Assembly (NCBI GenBank): GCA_964016885.1
Contig: OZ024741.1
Location: 184,264,001 to 184,328,000 of the forward strand
Length of the DNA stretch: 64,000 nt
From: Eledone cirrhosa
Taxonomy: Eukaryota
Direction of reading: 5' to 3'
Shown: positions 53,831 to 64,000 of the stretch, piece by piece
How the letters are laid out: each line of letters starts with the position of its first letter
Position numbering within the stretch: position 1 is the first letter of the stretch
Notes under the pieces: generated by a model
What the model was told of the DNA's origin: nothing
Database searches by the model: none
Seen by the model: the letters and a program-made list of their open reading frames with translations, nothing else
Made by a program: the position numbers and the translations under genes

Positions 53831-55237
53831 CGACCTCATACCGTTTGAGGACATTGTGTTTGTATTTTAGCACACGCTAAGGGAAGTAACTCTGAGTGAG
53901 TCATGGTTGTAGTGTTGGTAACGGCGGTGACACTGATCATTTCTCCCCGCTGCCATAATTGACAATGTTACTCGAGCAAGCGTTTAAATATAAGTTTGAA
54001 AACAGAGTTCCAGCTAGCTCTTGCCACTAAATCTTCATACGGCTTAGATACACAAAATAATCTCCTATATCCGAATCGCTAAATGTCAACAGAAGCACAA
54101 CCAGGAGTCATAATCTAGATGCGGCCATGCGTCTTTAAAGTGTAAGACGTTAAGGGCCGAAACACTAGCTTGAGGCGTGTTTCTTCTCTGAAGACCTTCT
54201 GTTGTCCAGCTCTGCTGAGAATTTCTTAGCACTAATTACATGCTACGTTACAGTTTCGAATCACCTTCATGATTGTGAAGCTAACTTCTTTACTCTTTAA
54301 TCATGGCTCCCTCTAGTATTTATTTTATTGACCCCCATGTGTCGAGAGACTCAACAACAATAACATGAATGAAAATTATTATTATTTCTACTTTTGGCAC
54401 AAGGTCAGAAGGTAGGGGAAGTCGATCAAATTGATACCAGTACTTTACTTTGGTACTTAACTTTGTACTTTAACCGGTACATTATTTTAACGAACTCGGA
54501 AGGTAAACTCAGAAAGTAAAGAGAAACAAATTCCGGAAAATATACCACAATCCACTAGAAGATGTTCAATTGGCAGACTCGTTAGGGTTTTGAAAGCTGA
54601 ATGTGAATTAATTCAAATAAATCGGACAAAGCTGTAGGCCTGTGGTTTGGCACTTTCTATTGTTCACTGCTTTTAATATATAAACTAACTTAACCCATAG
54701 AAATCCCATGTTTTATAGATGTTTTTGTTTCTATTTAGATGCATACATTTATAGATCTTTATAAAATTATGTTAAAGTCTTCGGTTTCATTCCATAGTCG
54801 AGGTTTTTTAAAGCGCAACACATCAACACATGACAAGCAGAGTCGCTTTATTAATATTAAGTAGATAAAAAGATAAATGAACTATTTCCATAATTAAAAG
54901 CATAAAATAATGAGGAGAAGAAAATAAAAACAACCAGCATAAGCCATAAATAATTTGTTAATGAGTGAATAAATAGATAAATAAATAAATAAAAAAATGA
55001 ATAAATAAAAAAAAAAATAAATAAATAACGGGACACAATATAATGATATTGTCAAACAAGTACATTTCTGAAAGGTGATAATTTTGAATTTTCAAAGAGC
55101 CATAATATACAATAAATCATTGCTCTAAAGTCACCTTGATCTAGATGGTATGCAATTATGTATGAATTGTGAATTGTTGTGTCTACTTATGTATTACACA
55201 TACATACACAGATAGACACACACACACACACACACAC

Positions 55238-55300
<63 letters not shown>

Positions 55301-55429
55301 AATACGTATAGATATACATAAATACACACACGCACACACACATATATATATATATATATTATATATAGACACATTATATATGTATATATATATAAATGTA
55401 AATATATATATATATACAAATATATATAC

Positions 55430-55512
<83 letters not shown>

Positions 55513-55753
55513 CGCGTGTGTGTGTGTGTGCGTGCGCGTGTGTGTGTGTGTTTGAGTTTGTTTGTGTTTGCTGAGATCGAACCGGAAAACGAAGAAAATG
55601 CATTTCCTGTCAACTGGTATAACGTGCTTGTCATTACACCACATGGTCATTACTCTTCTTTGACACATCTCTCTCTCACTCTCACTCTCACACTCACTCT
55701 TACTTTCACTCTCACAAACACACTTATACTTACACATACAACTACACATGCAC

Positions 55754-55797
<44 letters not shown>

Positions 55798-55839
55798 TGG
55801 ATATCCATCGGTTCCGACGACAAATGTTCCAATTGTTTG

Positions 55840-56070
55840 ATAAACGGAACTGCCTGCTTGTGAAATTAACGTGCAAGTGACTGAACATTTCACAAACACG
55901 TGTATAATGTATTTCGCAGGGAGATTTAGCGTGACACAGGTACAACTTATTTTTGTTAGCTGACTAGACTGACACAACGCGAAATAAAGTATCTTGCTCA
56001 ATGATATAACGCGTTGTGAAAATCGAACTCAAGCCCGTACGATTGCCAGCCGAACACCTTAACTACTATG
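55840..56070 (-). mobile_element. tRNA-derived SINE, family B (further fragments at ~53470-53605 and ~56165-56370)
   Basis: Reverse strand GTGGCATAGTAGTTAAGG (A-box), GAGTTCGATT (B-box), TTGAGCAAGATACTTTATT. Confidence 0.75.
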
Positions 56071-56081
56071 CCACGTACCTA

Positions 56082-56117
<36 letters not shown>

Positions 56118-57883
56118 TATGTTGTTGAATCTTAACCTCTGTCACTTCTTACGACGAGTGTTCCAAACAACAGAGCTGCCTGCCCGTGAAACTACTTTGC
56201 AATTAGCTGAGCATTTCACAGAAACTTCTAACATTAACATAGTTCTCAGGGAGATTCAGTGTGACAAATGTGACAAGTTTGGTCCTTTGAATAATAGTTA
56301 AAACCTCTTTTTGCTCGCTGTGTTGCCTGGAGCAACGTAAAATAAATTGTCTTCCTCATGGAAAGCGACGCTAATCACTATGGCGCCGATATTCACAAAC
56401 ACACACATACATATACACACACGTATATGTGTGTGTGTGTATGTACAAGGACATAAGCGCAAACAAGAAATAGTAAGAGAGTAGTCAATACCTAAGTAGA
56501 ATGAAATTTCAGATTATCAGATTATATTCGAAGCTGAACTTTAGAGATCGTTACTCCTAATTTCGATGCATATTTCCCCCCAAGTCTTTAGTTCCTCCGC
56601 CAATTGTTTTTCTTCATATATCTTCCCTGATTTGATTTTTTAACAGCTTCATGCTTCTTTTTTTTTTTTCTCCACTAGCTTTTATTTATATCTGGCAAAT
56701 TCCTTGTACTACTTGATTTGGCTCTTTGCGTTCAGTGTTCAAATCAAGCGATTTTTTTTTCTTTTTGGAATTCACCCATTTTCAGTGCTACCAGAACTCT
56801 TGGCTTGCAAGGTAAGATACCAAGATGGCGTGGAGTTTTCTATTCTTGTATATAATCGGCCACAGGCTCCGATCAACAGCTCCATCCTATCACCTCGACA
56901 GGTGATGGAGCTTGAAGAATCTGTGAATCGTCTTGAACAATTAAGTATTATTATAGATTTCAATATTCACGAAGTAGCGGGTAAATGCTTTGCGGGATTT
57001 AGTCTCATACCTATGCGTTTTGAGTGAACATCCTGCAGAATTTGCCTGTTATCCTTCTGAGTCGATAAAATAAAATACCTTCAAGATATGGGTAAAAAGA
57101 GTTAATTTAGTTTAGCTCTGTACGACCATCGTATCACGTGTTGCAAAGAATTTAAGCCAGAGAGGTTTGCATAGAATCAAGGAATAATAAATTCCTACAC
57201 CACATCATGCTTGAATTATCTACGGCCCAGAAGGTTCGTCACTTTTCGCTTCCATTTCAACACTTTTTCTTTCTTGCATGGCGTTCTTTCCCGACTGAAG
57301 GCTAAGTAATAAACACCATACACAAACTAAGCATTTGTTAGTTACGCCTCTTTGCATTCTGATTTTCAATGTCGTCGTGTAGTTTTTGTCTTTCACTAAA
57401 CTGACATATATGAATTGTGGTTGGCAGAATCGGCACAGCGCCGAACAATTTATTTATTATTTTTTTTGTTCAGATACTATTGAGGTTTGAGGTCAACTTT
57501 GCCTTTTATCCGTTCTGAAATCGATAAAATAATACACTAATCAAGTACTGAATCGATTCAATCGACTACACCCTACCGTTTAGCCTTATGCCTGTGTAAG
57601 AAAATAATTATAAAATGACTCTAGATGTCAATTATAGTAGGGAACAGCACACCTATTTCTCTAACACATTTTCTCTCTTTCTCATTTTTTCTTACTTTCT
57701 TTGCATCTGTCTTACTCTTTATTATTGTAAAGATATGTAAAGGGTTGATAAAGAATTTTCTCGATTTGCACCATTTCTGGTTTATAGCTAATGCCACGTG
57801 AAAGCGAAATCAAGATGACGGACTGTTACTATAGTTGTAGGTATTGGCATTATATATCCAGTGTTCAATATATACCATGCAGA

Positions 57884-58098
57884 GGGCGGTGGATTGGCAG
57901 TATCGGTAGAGGGCCGGATGCCATGCTTTGCAACATAGAGTTACGGCCCTTTATTATCTAAGTTCAAATCCTCCCGATGTTAACTTTGCCTTTCATACTT
58001 ATGGGGTCGATTAAATAAAGTACCAGTCACGCACTGGGGTCGATTTAATCGACATTCCCTTCCCCCAAAATTGCTGGCCTTGTGCCTATATAAGAAAC
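57884..58098 (+). mobile_element. Full-length SINE family A with 18-bp TSD
   Basis: CAATATATACCATGCAGA at 57866-57883 and 58099-58116. Confidence 0.95.
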
Positions 58099-58116
58099 CA
58101 ATATATACCATGCAGA

Positions 58117-58255
58117 CTTCTTCTTCTTCTTCTTCTTCTTTGCCCGCTTATTCCTGAGAGGGTCGTGGGGGCAGAGTCCTCAAACACTCCTTCCAGCGGG
58201 TCGTGTCAGTAGCAACCGTCTTCAACTGATCCGGCTGGATCCCCAAACAGACTTA
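58117..58255 (-). mobile_element. RTE/RTE-X-like LINE 3' end with (GAA)n tail
   Basis: Reverse strand LGIQPDQLKTVATDTTRWKECLRTLPPRPSQE-stop, then a very short UTR and (GAA)n. Confidence 0.65.
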
Positions 58256-59224
58256 TACTGCGGTACTGTTATTGTTGTTATGCAGACCCAGGTTAGCCCT
58301 GAGGGAACAGACCCATCGTCAAATGAATTCTAACCATAACTATCTGCTCTGTTTCGAATTATGCAGAGCACCCAACACCACATTATACAATGTGTCATTC
58401 TACAAAATGGTAGGTCGATATTTGAGGGAGAATTGGCTGCTATTTGCATCACGTCAGGCGACCAGAAATAAAATCCATCGACGAACGACTTCTGTTATTT
58501 CTGATGTCGTTGGTAATGTTGATGTTGATGTTGATGTAGATGTTGTTTGTTGATGCTGTTGATGCTGTTGATGCTGTTGTTTTATATGTTGTTAGTGTAT
58601 GATTGTTATAAAAGCCGTCGCTGAACGTTGCGGAAAAGGAAAGAATTGAAAGGAAGGATAGAAAGAATAATAGAAAGAACTAAATAACTAAAAGAGAGAC
58701 AGAAGGACAAGAGACATGAATATTAACTATAATAATATTATTATAGCTAACGTTAGCCAGGTTGTTTAATCGACTCTCAGCTTAATCTGAACTGCGTTTC
58801 CACGATAAGGAAGGAATGGAGACAATAGGGAGGGAAAGAGAGAGAGAGAGAGAGGAGGGGGAGGAGTAAGGACGAGAGGAAGGGAGGAGGGAAATGATGG
58901 GGAGGAGGAGGGGAGGGAGATGGCATAGGAAGTTTAAGAGACGTTCAAATCGGAAGTTAGAGCAAGGGGAAGGTTGGAAGATAGAATGTGGGGAAGAAGA
59001 GGGATTATTATTGTTGTTGGTGATATGTATATGGTTGTTGTTGTTGTTGTTGTCGTTGTAGGTTGCGGTGATAGAGGTGATGCTGGCGACGATTAGAAGA
59101 TTGGGAGTAAAAAAAAAAAAAAAGGTGGTTATGGAAGCAAGGTTATGAAAGTGAGGTGACGGTTGTTAGTGGCGCTGTTGGTATTGCTGGGAATGGTGTT
59201 GGTGTGAGTGTTGGTGTTTGTGGT

Positions 59225-60055
59225 GATGGTAGTGCTGGTGGATGTGGTAAATGGTGGTGTTGGTTTTGGTAGTGCTGGCCGTGGTGGAGGTGGTGATGTA
59301 AGTTCTGGAAGATGGCGGCTGTGGTGGAGGTTGTAGTGGTGGTGGTAGATATGGTGGTAGTAGAGGGTGGTTGTAGTGGTGGTGGTAGATATGGTGGAGG
59401 TAGTGATGGTGGATGTGGTAAATGGTGGTTGTGCTGGCCGTGGTGGAGGTGGTGATGTAAGTTCTGGAAGATGGCGGCTGTGGTGGAGGTTGTAGTGGTG
59501 GTGGTGGTAGGTATGGTGGTAGTAGAGGGTGGTTGTAGTGGTGGTGGTAGATATGGTGGGGGTAGTGATGGTGGATGTGGTAAATGGTGGTTGTGCTGGC
59601 CGTGGTGGAGGTGGTGATGTAAGTTCTGGAAGATGGCGGCTGTGGTGGAGGTTGTAGTGGTGGTGGTAGATATGGTGGTAGTAGAGGGTGGTTGTAGTGG
59701 TGGTGGTAGATATGGTGGGGGTAGTGATGGTGGATGTGGTAAATGGTGGTAGTGCTGGCCGTGGTGGAGGTGGTGATGTAAGTTCTGGAAGATGGCGGCT
59801 GTGGTGGTGGTTGTAGTGGTGGTGCTAGATATGGTGGTGGTAGTGATGGTGGATGTGGTAAATGGTGGTTGTGGTGTTGGTTTTGGTAGTGCTGGCCGTG
59901 GTGGAGGTGGTGATGTAAGTTCTGGAAGATGGCGGCTGTGGTGGAGATTGCAGTGGTGGTTGTGGTGGTGGGTGATGGTGGATGTGGTAGATATTGGTTG
60001 TAGTGGTGGTGATAGATATGGTGGTAGTAGAGGGTGGTTGTGGTGGTGGTGGTGG
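59225..60055. repeat. GGT-rich ~159-bp minisatellite, ~5 copies
   Basis: GTGCTGGCCGTGGTGGAGGTGGTGATGTAAGTTCTGGAAGATGGCGGCTGTGG at 59272, 59431, 59593, 59752, 59889. Confidence 0.93.
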
Positions 60056-60775
60056 CATAGGTAAGATGTGTGCGTTAGAGGGAGAGTAAATATGAGGTTA
60101 CAAAAGCAATATTAGGATTAGGTGGAGGCGCTGGTGAAGGTAATGGGGGTGGTAGTGCTGGCGGTGGTAGTAGTTGGTGGTGGTTGATTAAGCCTGGTGG
60201 CAAAATGTGGTAAAGGGGTAGGAAAAGTTGTTGCTTGGTTGAGAGGTTAGTCAAGGTTAGATGGTGGTAATAGTGGTGGTAGATTTGAAGATATATTGGA
60301 GGTAGTGGTGCTGGTAGTAGCATTAATGTTAGTGTGGTAGTGTTGGGGTATGATAGAAAGAGTGGTCATGAGGGAGCCTGGGTGCGTGTGTTGGTGCTAG
60401 GATGGTAGTGATGGTAGTGGTCGTGTAAGTAGTGATGGTGGTGTTAGTGGTAACCTTGTTGCTGTTGTTGTCGGTGGTGGTTATATGAATTCTTGTGTTA
60501 CTGGGTAGGTAGGGTTAGATTGACTGTTTAGTGAAATTTGTGGCACCACAAATAAGAAAGATGGTGGTAGCGGGGATGTTAGTTGGGCTGGTGGTGGTTG
60601 TTGTAAAAGATGGACCAGGTGCTTGAAGTGGTGCAAACTTTATGTGGGCAAAAGGGTTAGGGTTGGGGTTGGTGGTGAATTAAACTAAAGTCATGCTGAT
60701 TAGGAGGGTGATTAAGATGATGATTGTTGCTGTTGTTGTGAACTCAGTGGTAGAAAATGTTACGAGCATGATGAC

Positions 60776-60811
<36 letters not shown>

Positions 60812-60844
60812 GCTGATGATGACTTGCGATGATGCGATTATTGC

Positions 60845-60883
<39 letters not shown>

Positions 60884-61461
60884 TATGGTGGTAGTAGTAG
60901 TTACGGTGGTGGGGGTTGATATGGTAATGAGATAGTGAAGTGTGGTGGAGATTGTAACGGTAGTAGTGGCAGAGTTATTTGAGGTGGTGGTGCAGTGGAG
61001 TCGTACTGCAATGTGTTATGGTGGTGCAGTGGCTGGTTAGTATGAGAGAGGCGGCGATGGTAGTGTTGGTGCAATGCTGGTGGTGGTAGTGTAAGATAGT
61101 GTGGGGCTGGGTTGTAGTGTGGCTGGTAACGTCATTAAATACAGCGGCTATGTGTCTGCTGTTAGGTGGTAGGTTGGAGTGGTGGATAAGTTCGAGTCGA
61201 GATCTGATGGAGAGCAGGAGTGGTGGTGCAGAGGCAGGTTGGGGTTGCACAAGCACCGCGCAAACGAAACCTCAGCGTAGAGTTTTCTGTATCTCGCCCC
61301 AAACCTTAATGTTGCCACCCACCCCAACGCTAACAATTTTTCCCAATAGAAACGCATTCGTCCATGAACGGATGCACTCCCTGCCAGAAGCCCTATACCT
61401 TTTTATATCTTTACGTTCACTTTCCTTCTTTTTCTCTTTCTTCTTTTCTCTTTCCTGTTTT

Positions 61462-61493
<32 letters not shown>

Positions 61494-61804
61494 TCGTTCT
61501 TTCTTTCTTTCTCTCACCTCCCTCCTCTACCTTTTTTTTACCTTCTACTTCGTTTTCGTTCTTTGTTATACGACCGGATGTAGAATCAATCCTCATTCCA
61601 GTTTTAATGGTGCGAGACGTGATATTACGAGGGAACGAACGAATTGTATAATGGTCGAGGGATGGGGTAGATGAGTAGTGAAGGAGGAGGACAGAGAGAT
61701 AGCTGCATTGAGAGAAATAGAGAGTTAGAGGTGGATAGAGAAGTTGGAGAGAGAGAGTGTATAAGTGTGAGCCTGTGAAACAGAGACTGAAGGAAACGAG
61801 TGTT

Positions 61805-61879
<75 letters not shown>

Positions 61880-62542
61880 GAGAGAGAGTGAGAGAGAGAG
61901 AGGGAAGGGGAGAGTGACTGTGTGCTAGGAGATTGAGCTAATGAAATACATAAAGGCATATAATGGAAGATGCATGCATACATACATACATACATGCACA
62001 CACACATATATACATGCACATACACATACATACATACAGACATATATATAGTAATAATAACAAATAAATCATTGACGTTAATTACTCAATTACTCAGAGA
62101 TGCTATTCGTCTGAAAAATAATAGTTATGTTAGTGTTAACATATTTAATCCAACGAGCATCAACATCCAATTGAAAATATTTATGCGGTGAGGAAAAGAC
62201 AACATTAGTTCAATAATTAGCTGTATTTTAATCATGTTGGAAACTTTGAAGACAACTCTGGACATGGTTCGGTCGTATTAGACCTCGTCAATGATGCATA
62301 GTTGTTATTGCATTTACCCTCTTAGCAAATAAAATGTATAGTGGGGGAAAAGCATCACCAATGCACTTGTAGCTGGTAAATTTTGCCCACATACGTCTCC
62401 ATTTTCAAACCCGAATTAAGACATTTAAACTTACTTTATAAATATACCAAAATGATGATGTTAATATAATACACTCATATCTTACTTTAAATGTTGTTAT
62501 ATATTTTTTTTTTTGGGGGGGGGGGGGGTTCATGTTATAATA

Positions 62543-62730
62543 TTGTTTCTACTTTTGGCTCAAGGCCAGCAATTACCCCGGGGCATTACTGGTACTTTAT
62601 TTTATCGATCCCGTAAGAATGAAAGGCAAACTTAACCTCGGCAGGAATTGAACTCAGAACGTAAAGAGCCGTAACTCCATACTGTAAAGCATGATGTCTG
62701 ACGCTCTATCGATATTGCCAATCCACTGCC
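62543..62730 (-). mobile_element. tRNA-derived SINE, family A
   Basis: Collinear with 2195-2375. Confidence 0.85.
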
Positions 62731-62871
62731 AGAAAGATATATATAAATCACACTCACTGTTTGGTTGGGGTTGGTTTTCGCTTCAGTATATTTTATATTT
62801 CTATAATTAAATCAGCAGGCAATCAATGTTTATCAGTGATTGACCAACAGTTAAAAATATAGATATAAATA

Positions 62872-62923
62872 TAGTCTCTCAGAGTTCTTTCGTCACACAC
62901 CTGTGACATCATCAGTGATACTG
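62872..62923 (-). ncRNA. Minimal hammerhead ribozyme motif
   Basis: TCA-CTGATGA-T-GTCACA-ggtg-TGTGAC-GAAA-GAAC-TC-TGA: intact core and 6-bp stem II. Confidence 0.68.
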
Positions 62924-63167
62924 TTATGTTTCCTCCCTATATTGCTGTAATGTTCTCTTATTAGTTTAAATGTTTATATGGAAATCTATAGTGATTCCTG
63001 TTACATCCACGTATTTGCCTACAATAGATAGCGCAATGAATTCCAAACTCGTGTTAGATAACATTGTTAAAATTTCCAAAAGAAAAACAAAACAATACTT
63101 AAACATATTGTATATGACTTTCACATAAAGATTTATTACATACACATCACACCACGCACACATACAC

Positions 63168-63209
<42 letters not shown>

Positions 63210-63213
<4 letters not shown>

Positions 63214-63376
63214 AACGAGTAGGACCCCGACGGCTGAGCTCAAGCCGTTTCGACGGGTAATTCAGTCCAGAATTAACCGTCGAAACGGCTTGAGCTCAGC
63301 CGTCGGGGGTCCTACTCGTATTGAGTTCTTTGGTGCGTTATGGTCCACCTGGTTCCTTACCACATTTCTTTCGTTA
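63210..63376 (+). mobile_element. Short (TA)n-inserted fold-back element, copy 4
   Basis: ACGAGTAGGACCCCGACGGCTGAGCTCAAGCCGTTTCGACGGGTAATTC-agtcca-GAATTAACCGTCGAAACGGCTTGAGCTCAGCCGTCGGGGGTCCTACTCGT, plus the family tail. Confidence 0.88.
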
Positions 63377-63513
63377 TATATGTATATATATATATATAAA
63401 TATATATCCCTTAACGACATCTTCTTATATATATATATATTTATCCTTATTGAGCCTTCTTTGGATTTTAGTCTTCACATTTATTATCATTACTATATAT
63501 ATATATATGATAT

Positions 63514-63555
63514 ATTCTTATTGTCACTTTATATATATAAAGTGACAATAAGAAT
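63514..63555. repeat. Perfect 42-bp palindrome centred on TA repeats
   Basis: ATTCTTATTGTCACTTTATAT | ATATAAAGTGACAATAAGAAT. Confidence 0.95.
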
Positions 63556-64000
63556 TGCAGCTTTTTCTAAACTTTATTACGCATTACAATTTGTTTCCAT
63601 ATCGATCAGTTCGGATTTAATCATGAGATCGGATCCAAACTCTTGTTCAGATATGAGAGTTTACATGGGTGGTCCCATCCAAACTGTTGACATATGTCCA
63701 GTGTTCGTTTATATACATGTTAATGGGTTATAGTGTGTGGGAGATGGAAGTGGGTAGAGAGTGGGTAGTGCTTTTCAATGTGACAGTGGTGGTAAATTGT
63801 AAAGAATTGCAAAGAATTGTAATTGGGAGGGGCATAACATTTTCTTTAGATGAAATTATAAATATCAAAATTGGGAAGAATGAAAGGAAAAATAGAGAAG
63901 CAGCTGTTAGGTGGTTAGCAGGAATTCTAAGGTCGGCTAGTATAATGATAAGAATGACAGGTAGGGCCATATTGTTATGAAGGATAATGGTAAGCATACA

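Noticed and set aside
56640-57040. Possible RT remnant on minus (IGMRLNPAK ... HLGIL)
   Set aside because: Two short motifs in different frames; too decayed to support.
59225-60055. Gly-rich or Pro/Thr-rich structural-protein exon
   Set aside because: No ORF spans the array and the last period (137 bp) breaks frame; treated as a non-coding minisatellite.
62255-62300. Hammerhead-like TTGACGA-GGTC..GACC-GAAC-CATGTC on minus
   Set aside because: Two core mismatches and no stem I; probably a dead relic, so not listed as a feature.

Overview
AT-rich, microsatellite-saturated animal genomic DNA. The SINE families and repeat landscape look cephalopod/octopus-like (inference, not searched). No host protein-coding gene can be supported, and most track ORFs are translations of simple repeats. 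The interpretable content is mobile DNA. (1) A Penelope-like element (PLE) 3' end with a GIY-YIG endonuclease between ~680-bp inverted arms (10888-12790). (2) Two long, decayed Tx1/L1-clade LINEs (12866-16366 +, 35705-40185 -) plus three fragments. (3) A tandem array of three R4/Dong-type RT + restriction-like-endonuclease elements separated by (AAT)n (40186-45888), the third with an uninterrupted 704-aa ORF. (4) An internally deleted mariner, MULE/HERO/RTE remnants and many tRNA-derived SINEs. Two recurring structural patterns stand out. About nine PLE-type hammerhead ribozyme motifs are present, including U3:A8 core variants. There is also a series of fold-back (inverted-duplication) structures tied to (TA)n tracts, including four copies of a short family whose palindrome centre or 5' junction lies at what looks like hammerhead stem II. 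All calls come from reading motifs by eye; no alignments or database searches were run, so boundaries are approximate unless a target-site duplication (TSD) or palindrome fixes them.
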